Positions 40,475-50,967 of a DNA stretch of 64,000 nucleotides are shown piece after piece. A model generated the notes under the pieces. It worked only from the letters and a program-made list of their open reading frames with translations, was not told the DNA's origin and ran no database searches. How positions within the stretch are numbered: position 1 is the first letter of the stretch; each line of letters starts with the position of its first letter. Made by a program: the position numbers and the translations under genes. Source of the stretch: an uncultured delta proteobacterium (GTDB taxonomy: Bacteria; Desulfobacterota; Desulfobacteria; Desulfobacterales; JAFDCJ01); assembly GCA_963769935.1 (NCBI GenBank), contig CAVYNY010000011.1, forward strand, positions 1-64,000. The letters run 5' to 3'.

Positions 40475-42919
40475 TTGTTATTTAGCCATTTGAAGTGGAA
40501 ACGAATGCTGGCCGTTGTGATTCTGACCGCTGCTGTTGCAGGCACGTCCTATGGGGCGGATGTCGGGGCCGAATCCGACCCGTTTCCTGTTTATCCCTGT
40601 ATCCAACCCAACGTCTCTTTCTGGACTAAAATATACACCCAATATTCATCCGATTACGGTGTTATTCATGACAATCGTCGGCTTGACATTATATACGACG
40701 TCATCGAGCTTGAAAACCCCGATCAGGCCGGCGGCCGCAAGATTAACAGGGATCGCATCAAAAAAGCCAAAAAAAAATTAAAAGCCATCCTGGCAAAACT
40801 AATGCGGGGTGAAACGCCTTCCGGACCAGTTGAACAAAAGGTGGCGGAGTTGTTTGGTCCGGATGCCAAGGCGGCCGATTTTCGGTCAGCCATGTATAAT
40901 ATTCGCTGCCAGGTGGGACAAAAAGATCGGTTCCTGGACGGACTTATTCGTTCGGGTGCCTATATTGAAGAAATCAAAAAGATTTTCCGCGAGGCCGATC
41001 TGCCGGAAGATCTGGCTTATCTGCCCCATGTGGAATCTTCCTTTAATCCGAAGGCTTACAGCAAGTTTGGTGCCGCCGGGATGTGGCAGTTCACCCGCTC
41101 CACCGGCAGGCGATTCATGAAAATCGATTATACCATTGATGAACGGCGGGACCCCATACTTTCATCCCGGGCGGCCGTTCAACTGCTTCGCAAAAACTAT
41201 CAAAAATTGCTATCCTGGCCTTTGGCCATCACGGCCTACAATCACGGCAGCACCGGAATGCTGCGGGCGCAGAGAAAAAAGGGCAGCTACGATCTGATTT
41301 TCCAGGAATATCGCAGCCGGATTTTTAGATTTGCCTCCCGCAATTTTTATTCCGAATTCCTGGCCGCCCGTGAGACGGCCAAAAATTATCGTCAATATTT
41401 TGGCGACTTAAACCTGGAAGCGCCCGTCAGGAGCCGGGAAATCGCGCTGGCCGGATACGTATCATTGCCCCAACTTTCACGGCAGCTCGATATTGATCCT
41501 GCTGATTTGCGCGAATTGAATCCGGCCTTGCGAAGCCCGGTATTCAGCGGGCAAAAATATGTACCCGCCGGCTATCGACTGAGGCTGCCGGATAGTGATG
41601 AGAGGGATTGGGAGCAGCTAATTGCGCAGTTGCCGGCGAATATTTACCGGCACAATCAGAAGCGCAGCCAAATATACACGGTTCGCCGGGGAGATACCGC
41701 CGGAAAGATTGCCAGATTTCACGGTGTCGACCTCAACGATTTAATTGCCGTCAACAATCTTGACCGGCGGGCGACAATTTACGTCAATCAGACCTTAAGA
41801 ATTCCGCTGCCGGATGAAAAGCCCATCATGGTTGCCCGACTTGAGAAGGCCCGGCAGGATGCCGCCGGAGAAACGCTTCCGGCGTCGAATCTGCCGCCGG
41901 CCGACCGCTCCGGGCAGTCCGAAGATAACACCGAACAAACTTTGAGACCTTCCTCTGCCGAACAAGAAACCGGGTATATCGCCGGAAGCGATATTCAGAC
42001 CTCAAAAGAAAACATGACGCTAGCGGAAACCGAGCCCCAGCCAATCAAAAATCCGTCCCAGGCGAATCAGGCGGCGGTGTTTTTACTGTCGCAGGCTGCC
42101 GTGCTGGAAACCCAGACTGAAAATAATTTGTCTGCGGCCCAAATCCAAGCGCCGGATGAGGAACAGTCTGAAGATGATATTGAATATACCTCAGATCCTG
42201 CCGACGAGAACGGCGAGTCCATGGAGGACATACCGGACGCTGTTTTGCAGCCCAGCCAGCCTGATGCGGATATAGAATCGGCGGAAAATCAGCAAATTGA
42301 TCGGATGTCGGCCCAAATCCAAGCGCCCGAAACGAAAACAAATGAGACTGCCGATTTGCCGGCCCTCGAAGTGCCGGCCGATACGCAGGATCCGGCAACA
42401 TCGCCGAACAGCCAATTTGAGCGGGCCAAGCCGGCGGCGGCTGAACGGCAATTGAATCCGGAAATTCTGCGAGGTCATTTCGCCGTGGAGCGGGTATCGA
42501 ATTTGCGGGGCAAACCTGTCGGCGTCATTCAAGTTGAGGCCGAAGAGACGCTGGGACACTATGCCGAATGGCTGGGGGTTCCGGCCCATAGGATCCGGCG
42601 GCTGAACGGATTCCGTTACGGCCAGCCGCTGCAGCTGAGCCAGCAAATCAAGATCCCGCTGGACCGGGTCACCCGAGAAGAATTTGAGGAAAAACGCTTT
42701 GAGTTTCATCAGGAGCTGGCTGAAGATTTTTTTGCCACCTACCGTGTTGAAAAAGTATTCACCTATTCCGTCAAAAGGGGAGACAATATCTGGACGCTCT
42801 CACGTCAGGAGTTTGAGGTGCCGTTGTGGCTGATAAAAAGTTACAATGCCGAAGTTGACTTCAGCGCACTGATCCCTTCGCAGAAGCTGCTTATCCCGGT
42901 AGTCGGGAAAAACGTTTAA
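40475..42919 (+). CDS. Lytic transglycosylase with LysM domains (MltD-like)
   Basis: LPHVESSF, GAAGMWQF, DERRDP, AITAYNHG; LysM YTVRRGDT and YSVKRGDN; long acidic linker. Confidence 0.92.
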   Translation: MLFSHLKWKRMLAVVILTAAVAGTSYGADVGAESDPFPVYPCIQPNVSFWTKIYTQYSSDYGVIHDNRRLDIIYDVIELENPDQAGGRKINRDRIKKAKKKLKAILAKLMRGETPSGPVEQKVAELFGPDAKAADFRSAMYNIRCQVGQKDRFLDGLIRSGAYIEEIKKIFREADLPEDLAYLPHVESSFNPKAYSKFGAAGMWQFTRSTGRRFMKIDYTIDERRDPILSSRAAVQLLRKNYQKLLSWPLAITAYNHGSTGMLRAQRKKGSYDLIFQEYRSRIFRFASRNFYSEFLAARETAKNYRQYFGDLNLEAPVRSREIALAGYVSLPQLSRQLDIDPADLRELNPALRSPVFSGQKYVPAGYRLRLPDSDERDWEQLIAQLPANIYRHNQKRSQIYTVRRGDTAGKIARFHGVDLNDLIAVNNLDRRATIYVNQTLRIPLPDEKPIMVARLEKARQDAAGETLPASNLPPADRSGQSEDNTEQTLRPSSAEQETGYIAGSDIQTSKENMTLAETEPQPIKNPSQANQAAVFLLSQAAVLETQTENNLSAAQIQAPDEEQSEDDIEYTSDPADENGESMEDIPDAVLQPSQPDADIESAENQQIDRMSAQIQAPETKTNETADLPALEVPADTQDPATSPNSQFERAKPAAAERQLNPEILRGHFAVERVSNLRGKPVGVIQVEAEETLGHYAEWLGVPAHRIRRLNGFRYGQPLQLSQQIKIPLDRVTREEFEEKRFEFHQELAEDFFATYRVEKVFTYSVKRGDNIWTLSRQEFEVPLWLIKSYNAEVDFSALIPSQKLLIPVVGKNV

Positions 42920-42944
42920 ACGGACATAGAGCGCTGGCGCTCAA

Positions 42945-43262
42945 TCAAATCGGAGGCGCTATGGTCACCAGAAGTCTCAGATCGGTTTTGGCCCTCAATC
43001 CATGAGGTTCGGCAATGTCGCTGATGACGACATCGCCTGTTTTCGCCGGCATGGCCGCGTCGTCTTTTCCCAGAAACTCGCCTTCCCCTTCGATGATTAC
43101 CAGACTCAACTGCCCTTCGATGTCGTGACTGTGAACGGGCAGCACCTGTCCGGCTTTGAAGTTAAAATTGATGATTTTAAAATACGGCGAGTCGTGCACC
43201 AGCAGTTTTTTAAACGCTTTTTCCGAGAAATCGTTTTCTTCATAAAGATTGAGATGTTTCAT
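42945..43262 (-). CDS. Cupin domain protein
   Basis: LPVHSH...EGEG...EPHGL metal-binding motifs. Confidence 0.88.
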   Translation of the reverse strand: MKHLNLYEENDFSEKAFKKLLVHDSPYFKIINFNFKAGQVLPVHSHDIEGQLSLVIIEGEGEFLGKDDAAMPAKTGDVVISDIAEPHGLRAKTDLRLLVTIAPPI

Positions 43263-43332
43263 TATGCTTTATCCTTTCAGCTTACTTTACAATAACCCTT
43301 ACATAATTGCAGTATCTTAACTGTTTGAGAAA

Positions 43333-43434
43333 GCCACAAATTAACACGAATTTTCACGAACTTATTTTCCGGTATAAATGACCCTGCTTTTACCTATTCC
43401 CATAATTCGTGGTTATTTGTGTCCATTCGTGGCT
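43333..43434. repeat. Inverted nonamer cassette (CACGAATT ... ATTCGTGG)
   Basis: GCCACAAATTAACACGAATTTTCACGAA ... ATTCGTGGTTATTTGTGTCCATTCGTGGC. Confidence 0.8.
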
Positions 43435-43539
43435 AACTTATATTTGAAAAGACTAAAATCATATGAATAATGGAATTTTGCCCATGAATCCCATCGGGCA
43501 TGACAGACGATATTGCGATAAATTCTCTGATTGTTGGAA

Positions 43540-43582
43540 TATATAATCCACCGCTCGAAGTTAAGCATTGATTTAGGTCAAT
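43540..43582 (-). promoter_or_regulatory. Crp/Fnr-family-like site with class II promoter geometry upstream of the cupin
   Basis: TTGACCTAAATCAA (43568-43581), centred at about -41.5 relative to a TATATA -10 at 43540-43545. Confidence 0.5.
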
Positions 43583-43888
43583 AAATTCAGACAAAATTTA
43601 GATTCTGTGTTAATTTTTCCACCCCGCATCAGAATATGCAACTATTCCGCAATATTTTAAGGCATATACCTGAAGAAAAGTTAATCCTACTGATCCGGTT
43701 AATCCTGTCTAATAAAAAACCATAAAATAGGAATCCATTCAACTAACCATCCCGGCCCCGCGTGAGTGTGAAATGACAATAAGCAAACGCGAGATGATTC
43801 TAAAAACCGCCGCCCGCCTTGCCTTCCAGCGTCCTTTTCATTTTATCGAATTTCTCCGGCTGTCGAGGGCAGATGGTGGACCTATGAA

Positions 43889-44281
43889 CTACCAGATGGA
43901 TTTTACGTGAGGATAGGAAAGAATTTTTTTGTCAGCTGTAAGAATCGTGCAGTCTTTCAAACGTGCAGTCGCAGTGATAATTCGATCGGCAGGATCGGCA
44001 TGAAAGGTATCAGGCAATGAATATGTCTCTTCCATAATTTCAAGGCTGATGTTTTCGACTTGCCAGTTATTCAGTTCAACATAGTATCCGAACCACTTTT
44101 TCCAATGACGGTCAATGGTAATACGCTGACGCTCAGCCGCGCAGGCAAGTTCTGCTACACTGATCACCGAAACGTAAATTTCGGATTCATCTGCAGTTAG
44201 GAGGGCTCTTGCTTCTTTTGAGATAGTGGAAGGTTCGGATATCGCCCAGATAATGCAACACGTATCCAGCAATAGTTTCAT
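43889..44281 (-). CDS. vapC: PIN-domain toxin, VapC family
   Basis: LLLDT; SVISVAE; HADPADRII.ATA; LTAD. Confidence 0.92.
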   Translation of the reverse strand: MKLLLDTCCIIWAISEPSTISKEARALLTADESEIYVSVISVAELACAAERQRITIDRHWKKWFGYYVELNNWQVENISLEIMEETYSLPDTFHADPADRIITATARLKDCTILTADKKILSYPHVKSIW

Positions 44282-44520
44282 CTTCGCAGCATGTCCCAGC
44301 TGTCTTCCGGAATCAAAGGCTCCGTCAGATCGCCTTTTATCCGGACGGTTCCCAAGCCGCAGCCAAGTTGGGTTCGGTTTGGGGTCCTCTCGGAATGGTG
44401 GGGAACCAGCAAGGCAATGGGGATATTGCGCTTGCGGATTTCAACCACTTCACCCTGTTCCACAAAATTGATGAATTTGCTGAGATTATCTTTAAGATCG
44501 CCTATGTTAGCCGTTTTCAT
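44278..44520 (-). CDS. Phd/YefM-family antitoxin
   Basis: MKTANIGDLKDNLSKFI..VEQGE.V.I.KRN.PIA.L; 4-nt overlap with vapC. Confidence 0.9.
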   Translation of the reverse strand: MKTANIGDLKDNLSKFINFVEQGEVVEIRKRNIPIALLVPHHSERTPNRTQLGCGLGTVRIKGDLTEPLIPEDSWDMLRR

Positions 44521-44555
44521 GGCTAAAATATAGGCTAAAAAGTTAGCCATGTCAA
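44519..44555 (-). promoter_or_regulatory. TA promoter/operator; probably a leaderless transcript
   Basis: TTGACA-N17-TATATT-N6-ATG; GGCTAA/TTAGCC repeats within and after the spacer. Confidence 0.75.
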
Positions 44556-44822
44556 AAGGTTTCCTTAAACGGCATCGTCATTTTTTCAATTGACACCCGC
44601 TTTTCCTTTATGACATATACACATACTCATAAAAAGTTGCTTCTATTTCTCGATCAAGGCTGTGGGGAGCACCCTTTTCTCTCTACCGTCCATTCACTTC
44701 AGTTTGCTCACAGGCACAGCCGCTATCGGAAACTGTGACATCCCGGTGGGGGCCTCTACGGGCGCCGGTCCGGCGTGGTCCGTGCACATGCAAAAACTTT
44801 TTGACGCGAAAGGAGCAGACGT

Positions 44823-46384
44823 ATGCGAAAATTCAGAAAATATCTACTCACCATGGCTTTACTGCCGTTACTGATCACCGGTGCGCTTCTCTGGCTGACA
44901 GCGTCCAGCGGCTTTGCCGAGATCGACGAGCTCAGAATCGGCATCGGCATCGACGCCGACACATTAAACCCCCAAGAGCAGACCACCACCCTGATTCAGA
45001 ACATCTGCGACCTGATCTACGACAACTTTTTTTTCCAGACCGCGGACGCAAAACTTGAACCGCGCCTGGCTACCGGCTACGAGATCAGCCCCGACGGGCT
45101 GACCTACACCATCCACCTGAGAAAAGGGGTCAAATTCTCCGACGGGACCGATTTCAATGCCGACGCCATCAAACTGACCTGGCAGCGAATGCTCGACCCT
45201 CAGAAAAGGGTGCCGCTCCGGTTTGGCGTCAGCATGGTCACCGACTGCATAAAAGTCGACGACCATACTGTGCAGCTCAAGCTCAAATACCCCTTTGCCC
45301 CGATGGCCCTTCCCTGTCGCTGACGCTCACCAGCGTCATCTCCCCCGCGGCGATTGAAACGTACGGCGACGAAGTCCGGCAACACCCCGTAGGCGCCGGG
45401 CCCTACGTTCTGAAGGAGTGGGTCAAGGGGGACCGGGTCGTTCTGGTCCGAAACGAGAACTACTACGGTAAAAAGCCCACGGTGCGCCAGATCACCTACA
45501 GGATCGTCCCCGATGTGTCCACCCGCGAGGCCATGCTGCGCGCCGGACAGATCGACATCTGCTACAAGCCCTCCCCCTCGAACGTGGCCGCGCTAAAAGC
45601 CGACCCGAACATCACCGTCGACATGCCCCTGGACACACGCAGCATCTTCATGGCTTTCAGGACCGATCTTCCGGTGTTCAAGGACAAGCGGGTCCGGCAG
45701 GCCTTCAACTATGCGGTCGACAAAAAGGCCATCGTAAATAAGATCCTCTTCAATACCGCAGAACCGATGGACGGCGCCGTGTCCCCGATTCTTTTCGGCT
45801 ACGCCAGGATGGAAAATCAGTACGACTACAATCCGGACAAGGCCAAGGCCCTGCTGAAGGAAGCCGGCTTCGACTTCAACCACGTGGTCCGGATGGGAAC
45901 CCCTACCGGCCGTTACCTCTTCGACAAGCAGGTATCGGAAGCGGTTCAGGCGTATCTTCAGGCCATCGGGGTCAAAGCTGAGCTGAGGGCCTTCGATTGG
46001 CCCACTTACATGTCGGCGGTTTACAAACCGGCGGACCAGTCCGTCGTCGATATGGATCTGCTCGGATGGGGCCCCCTCTATCTCGACTCCGACATGCAGC
46101 TTTACGGCCAGTTCACCTGCGCGGTGGTTCCGCCCAAAGGGCTCAACTCCGCCTTCTACTGCAACCCGGCCTATGACCAGCTGATGGAGGAAAGCCGGAG
46201 GGAGCAGAACGTCGAAAAACGAAAGGAAATGCTGCAGAAGGCCGGTCAGATCGTCTGGGATGAATGTCCCTGGCTGTGGCTGCATGTTGAAAAATTCGTC
46301 ATCGCCTACAGCGCCAAAATCAAGGACATGGTGGTCACACCGACCGAAAAGTTCTATCCGACCTATATCTCCATGCAGAAGTAA
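44823..46384 (+). CDS. Orphan family-5 ABC substrate-binding protein; -1 frameshift near 45308
   Basis: DTLNP; LRKGVKFSDG; rejoined HPVGAGPY...RVRQAFNYAVD. Confidence 0.88.
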
Positions 46385-46481
46385 AGATCCGGATCCGGAG
46401 AGCCCCGCTTTGGTCGGCGGTTCTCCGGTGAAAACGGGATAGAAAACCACTTTTTATGTAGAGCTCTTCATGAGAAATGTT

Positions 46482-46542
46482 GAACTGAACGACCACCGTC
46501 TGTAAGATGGTGGGTTCGTTTATCGGTTGAAACCGACTAAAG
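46482..46542. repeat. Double hairpin resembling an IS200/IS605-type end or REP-like element
   Basis: AACGACCACCGTCT-GTA-AGATGGTGGGTTCGTT, then TCGGTTGAAACCGA; no transposase adjacent. Confidence 0.4.
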
Positions 46543-46809
46543 ATTTAAGGAATTTGGTCTATTCCCCTTCTATATCAATGTGGTTTTCGGCGAATCTCTC
46601 GCAGCAAATGAGCTCTTTACTTAATCGTTGCGTTTAGCCGGGTTCTGTTTCCGATCTATACATAATAAATCCTTTTCAGGGAATTCGATTCTTTCCGCCC
46701 GATTCACAAAGCTCACCCACTTCATACAAAATACCCTGCCCTGATCAATGACCGGCACCACATGTACTCCTCTGATTTTCCCAAGCTGGCTTGCCGCCAC
46801 TAACATCGT

Positions 46810-47988
46810 TCAGATTAAATTTATCACGACAATTTCCGGCCGGTTGCCGGTTCGCATCGGAGGACCCCAGGTACCGACCCCGCAGGTGGTGTAGATCGAA
46901 AAGGCGCCCAAGCTTCTGAGTCCATAATCATAGCTTTTGTAAATCAGCCTGGTCAGATACCCGAAGGGAAAAATCTGGCCGGCATGAGTGTGGCCGGACA
47001 ACTGCAAAGCTACTCCCAGTTTTTGGGCCGGGGAAAAGGTTGTGTCGGGAACCCAGTAGGTTGCAAAATGGCGATCCAGGCCGTCTCCCCGGCCGGGGAT
47101 CATGTTCGTGGGCGTGTGAAACAGCAGAATGCGCGGTTTGCGGATGGCAGAAGCCGGGCCTGATTTGTCCAGACCCCGAATATCTTTGGCTCCCTCGATA
47201 CCGGGATAGCTGATGCCGATGATTTGAAGCCCATCGATTTCAATCGCTTCGTTTTGCAAAACAGTTATTCGGGTTCGACCCAGAACCGTCAACGAGCGGT
47301 TCAGACCGATGTAATTTTCATGGTTGCCGGGGATGAAGTAAACGCCTTTCTCAGCCTTAAATTGACTCAAACCAGCTGCAAAGCGGGAGATGTCCGAAGC
47401 CATGCCGTCGAATAAATCCCCGGTGATTAAAATCAGCTCCGGTTTGAGGGCGTTGACGCGCCGCATCAGATAATCGAGAAACTTCGGTCCGTAAAAGTGG
47501 CCGAGATGAACGTCGGATAACTGCACGATGGTCTTGCCTTTCCACTGGTCCGGAAGATTTTCGAATTCGATCGGCAGCTTTTTTATCCGGGGGTGAAACG
47601 CATTCCACATGCCGTAAGCGGAAAATAAAACAGCCAGCGTCAGGCAGCCGACCGCAATCAAACGGGTATCGGGATGGGTTCCGGCGATCCAGAGGACTGC
47701 GATCACCAGCCAGCTGAGCAGCACTGCCAGCAGAAGATTTATAAACAAACCGGTCCAGACTGCGCTGAACATGTAAAAGCCGACAGTCCATGAATTTGCC
47801 TGCCGCCGCAGCAGGAAAAAGGAGGCCATAAAGCTAAGGGACAGCAGAAATAGGATGATAAACAATGAGATTTTCAGACCGGAGCTGTTAAGCATAAAAA
47901 GGCGCAGCACCGCCTTGCCAAAAAGCAAGTGGGCCCCAATGGTCAGCGCAAGAATTACAGATAGGAATAGCACGACTTTAAGAACCAT
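46810..47988 (-). CDS. Membrane-anchored calcineurin-like metallophosphoesterase
   Basis: N-terminal TM segments; SDVHLG, TGDLFD, GNHE, SGHTHAGQ, GTWGPPMR. Confidence 0.92.
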   Translation of the reverse strand: MVLKVVLFLSVILALTIGAHLLFGKAVLRLFMLNSSGLKISLFIILFLLSLSFMASFFLLRRQANSWTVGFYMFSAVWTGLFINLLLAVLLSWLVIAVLWIAGTHPDTRLIAVGCLTLAVLFSAYGMWNAFHPRIKKLPIEFENLPDQWKGKTIVQLSDVHLGHFYGPKFLDYLMRRVNALKPELILITGDLFDGMASDISRFAAGLSQFKAEKGVYFIPGNHENYIGLNRSLTVLGRTRITVLQNEAIEIDGLQIIGISYPGIEGAKDIRGLDKSGPASAIRKPRILLFHTPTNMIPGRGDGLDRHFATYWVPDTTFSPAQKLGVALQLSGHTHAGQIFPFGYLTRLIYKSYDYGLRSLGAFSIYTTCGVGTWGPPMRTGNRPEIVVINLI

Positions 47989-48136
47989 CAAAAAAGGCTT
48001 CGAGAATTTTTGAATATTCGCCGGCCCGGTTAAGGTATGGAAAATGCCCCACGCCATGCAGGGTTTTAATTGCCGCCGACGGGTAGGATGCCTTCAGCAT
48101 CTCCCGCAGCGTCTCTTCCACCAGCGGATCATTGTC
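47978..48136 (-). pseudogene. 3' remnant of an alpha/beta hydrolase
   Basis: DNDPLVEETLREMLKASYPSAAIKTLHGVGHFPYLNRAGEYSKILEAFFDGS* (acid and His segments of the triad); in-frame stop just upstream. Confidence 0.7.
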
Positions 48137-48295
48137 CAATGATTACTCAGAACAGCAAAAATTTTATAACACAATTTTTGGGTTTTCCAAAGCCAAGATG
48201 TTCTTGACCTTTAAGTTTATGTCCTGTTATTAAAACCCCTTAAGACCAATTAACCCGCCCTGAAGAATAGCACATTTCGGCTTTTTAGCGTTCCT

Positions 48296-48526
48296 TTGAT
48301 TTTTTTTGACGGATCTTCGACTGAAAACTTCGTGCCTCTTCTGGCAGCCGAAGTCCCGACGGTGGCCAACGGCGGAATCTCGGCCGACGGTAAGACTTAT
48401 ACCTTTACGATTCGCAAAGGTGTCAAATTCCATGTCAGAGCCTACCGGGAATATGTATACGGTTTCGTTCCCAATGCCATGTTTACCGATGACAATGAAA
48501 TTTTGAAGCGATTATTCAAGCAGTAG
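48296..48526 (+). pseudogene. Internally deleted, 5'-truncated ABC substrate-binding protein gene
   Basis: FFDGSST...RKGVKFH fused directly to VRAYREYV...LKRLFKQ; both parts align to the ends of SBP 59489-61234. Confidence 0.88.
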
Positions 48527-48527
48527 G

Positions 48528-48682
48528 AAGTTTAAGGTTTCAGCGGCGGCGCTGGCCTGAAAATCGGCAAGTCTAATCGAAAAAGTAACATAATAATTCA
48601 CCGCAGAGTTCGCCGAGAACGCCGAGAAAGACCCAAAAGATAATCTAACATAATCTCTGCGTCCCTGGCGCTCTCTGCGGTT
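48528..48682. repeat. Dispersed repeat (AAGGTTTCAG...GCTGGCCTGA..) plus an inverted CCGCAGAG cassette
   Basis: 48528-48590 is homologous to the reverse complement of 59362-59440. Confidence 0.7.
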
Positions 48683-48712
48683 GGCTGAACTGGCACCTGC
48701 CAACCAATCGAC

Positions 48713-49744
48713 ATGCTCGCATTCATTACGCGCAGATTTTTATTATTGATACTCGTCTTGTTCGGCGTATCCGTCCTTATTTTCGGCATTTTGATGACCT
48801 TCAGCCCGGAAAGACGGGCTGCCGTATTCGTCACCTCCCCCCAGCAGGCCAAGGACATCCCTAAAATCATCAGACAATTTGGACTCGACGATCCCGCTTA
48901 CATCCAGTATTTGCGCTGGATGAAAGAAGTCTTCCAGGGCAACCTGGGCTGGTCGGTGGTGGCATCCCGACCGGTCCGGGAAGCCTTCTGGAACTATTTT
49001 CCCGTTACCCTGGAGATGAATCTATTTGCAGCGCCCATTGTGCTGTTTTTTGGTATCTGGCTGGGAACCTTAGCGGGAATCCATCGGGACAAGTGGATTG
49101 ACCACACCACCCGGATTCTGGCCATCGTGGGGTGGTCCCTGCCCACGTTTCTTTTCGCCCTGGTGCTGCTCATGGTGTTTTACGGATACTTCCAAATATT
49201 TTCGCCCGGGGTTCTCAGCGATCAGTTGAGCATGTTCATTATTGATAATCCGGCTAAATACACCAGTTACACCGGTCTTTACACGATTGACGGAATTTTG
49301 AACGGTCATTTGAACATCACTCTGGATGCTCTGGCCCACCTTGTCTGCCCCATATCGACCTATGTGATCGTGGTGGTGGCCCTGAATATGCGGGTAATGC
49401 GTTCGGGAATGATCGAGGAGCTTTCCCGGGACTATGTGATGACCGCCAGGGCCAAGGGTGCGGATCGGCACACGATTCATATTAAACATGCCCGTCGCAA
49501 TGCCCTGCTGCCCGTGATTACGGTCGCCGGCCAGCTGATGGCCATGTCCATGGAAGGCAGCATCGCGGTTGAGGTGGTTTACAATCGGCACGGCATCGGC
49601 TGGTGGCTGGCAGAATCCGCCGTTCAGCTGGACATTCCGGTATTGATGTGTATCTGTCTGTTCATGGGAGTGGTGTTTGTGATCACCAATCTGACATTGG
49701 ATATACTATATGCGTATTTTGACCCCAGGATAAGACTGACCTGA
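48713..49744 (+). CDS. Dpp/Opp ABC permease (DppB-like)
   Basis: GLDDP..QY; DYVMTARAKG; DILYAYFDPRIR. Confidence 0.92.
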   Translation: MLAFITRRFLLLILVLFGVSVLIFGILMTFSPERRAAVFVTSPQQAKDIPKIIRQFGLDDPAYIQYLRWMKEVFQGNLGWSVVASRPVREAFWNYFPVTLEMNLFAAPIVLFFGIWLGTLAGIHRDKWIDHTTRILAIVGWSLPTFLFALVLLMVFYGYFQIFSPGVLSDQLSMFIIDNPAKYTSYTGLYTIDGILNGHLNITLDALAHLVCPISTYVIVVVALNMRVMRSGMIEELSRDYVMTARAKGADRHTIHIKHARRNALLPVITVAGQLMAMSMEGSIAVEVVYNRHGIGWWLAESAVQLDIPVLMCICLFMGVVFVITNLTLDILYAYFDPRIRLT

Positions 49745-49891
49745 TTGAATATTGAATATTGGCAATTGAATATTTAAGGAATTCTATCGATTTTTTAGAT
49801 AACAGGAAAAAACAGCAAATGTCACTCATTTCGCAAAATAAAAATGATAGAATACCACAAATCTTCAATCTTCAATCTTCAATTTGCAATA
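49743..49891. repeat. Inverted heptamer-array cassette (ATTGAAT...TCTTCAA)
   Basis: GATTGAATATTGAATATTGGCAATTGAATATTT ... AAATCTTCAATCTTCAATCTTCAATTTGCAAT. Confidence 0.8.
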
Positions 49892-49945
49892 TGTTGCCGG
49901 CTGATTTTAATTGAACTACCGTAATATAAACCAAATTGTGTTTAT

Positions 49946-50857
49946 TTGAAAATGCCCCAACTCCATCCTCGTCTGCGCGAACTTAAATTTACGCTGTACC
50001 GGATTTTCCGGAGTCCATCCGCCATAATCGGATTTTCGCTGCTGATTTTCTTTGCGACAGTGGCTGTTTTCGCCCCGCAGATCGCACCCCCTAAATATGA
50101 GTACAATCCGTATTTGATGCCCCATAAGGGATTTTCTCCGACCCCCCAAGCGCCCAGTGACAAGAACATCTTCGGCACCACCTCAGGGCAGTATGACATA
50201 TTTTACGGCGTCGTCTGGGGAACTCGCACGGCGTTTAAAATCGGCCTTTTTGTGGTCTGCATCGCCGGTCTGGTGGGCGTAACGCTCGGTGCCGTCTCCG
50301 GGTATTTCGGCGGCGTCATCGATGAAATTTTAATGCGGGTCACGGATGTTATGTGGGCCATACCGACACTGGTCCTGGCAATGGCGATCGTGGTGGCCTT
50401 CGGCCGGGGCCTGGATAAAATCATGATCGCCCTGGCGCTGGTGCAGTGGCGCTGGTACGTGCGGGTTATCCGTTCGGAAATCCTCACGCTGCGCGACCAG
50501 GATTATGTGCATGCCGCCAAAATCATGGGGGTCTCGGACGCAAAAATTATTTTGCACCATATGGTTCCCAACGCCATTTATCCGGTGCTGATTATGGCAT
50601 CCATGGATATGGGATCCATGGTGATTACGGCATCGTTTATGAGTTTTGTCGGCTTGGGGGCTCCCAAAGGCTTTGCCGACTGGGGACAGATGGTGGCCCT
50701 GGCCCGCAACTACATCGTGGGGCCGCCGGGGGATCCGCTGAAATTCTGGTTTGCCATTGTGATTCCCGGCGGATGTATTGTACTGTTTGTGCTGGCCTGG
50801 AATTTGATTGGTGATGCGCTGCGGGATGCGTTTGATCCCAAGCTCAGGAGAAGATGA
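49946..50857 (+). CDS. Dpp/Opp ABC permease (DppC-like)
   Basis: FGTTSGQYDIFYGVVWG; DYVHAAKIMG; GDALRDAFDP. Confidence 0.92.
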   Translation: MKMPQLHPRLRELKFTLYRIFRSPSAIIGFSLLIFFATVAVFAPQIAPPKYEYNPYLMPHKGFSPTPQAPSDKNIFGTTSGQYDIFYGVVWGTRTAFKIGLFVVCIAGLVGVTLGAVSGYFGGVIDEILMRVTDVMWAIPTLVLAMAIVVAFGRGLDKIMIALALVQWRWYVRVIRSEILTLRDQDYVHAAKIMGVSDAKIILHHMVPNAIYPVLIMASMDMGSMVITASFMSFVGLGAPKGFADWGQMVALARNYIVGPPGDPLKFWFAIVIPGGCIVLFVLAWNLIGDALRDAFDPKLRRR

Positions 50858-50967
50858 ATTAAACAATGGCATTCGGCCCAAGATATTCGGCGCAAGGTGA
50901 TGGTTTTTTTTCAATTTTAAATACATCTTATATCCAATGATTTTATGCTCGGCTCAGTAGTAGGGAG

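Noticed and set aside
44640..44810. Structured RNA or riboswitch in the orphan SBP leader (GGCTGTG...CACAGCC)
   Set aside because: Only short complementary words and no known aptamer consensus; a covariance search would be needed.
46621..46806. 61-aa ORF downstream of the metallophosphoesterase
   Set aside because: No recognisable motif or convincing RBS; cannot be supported as a gene.
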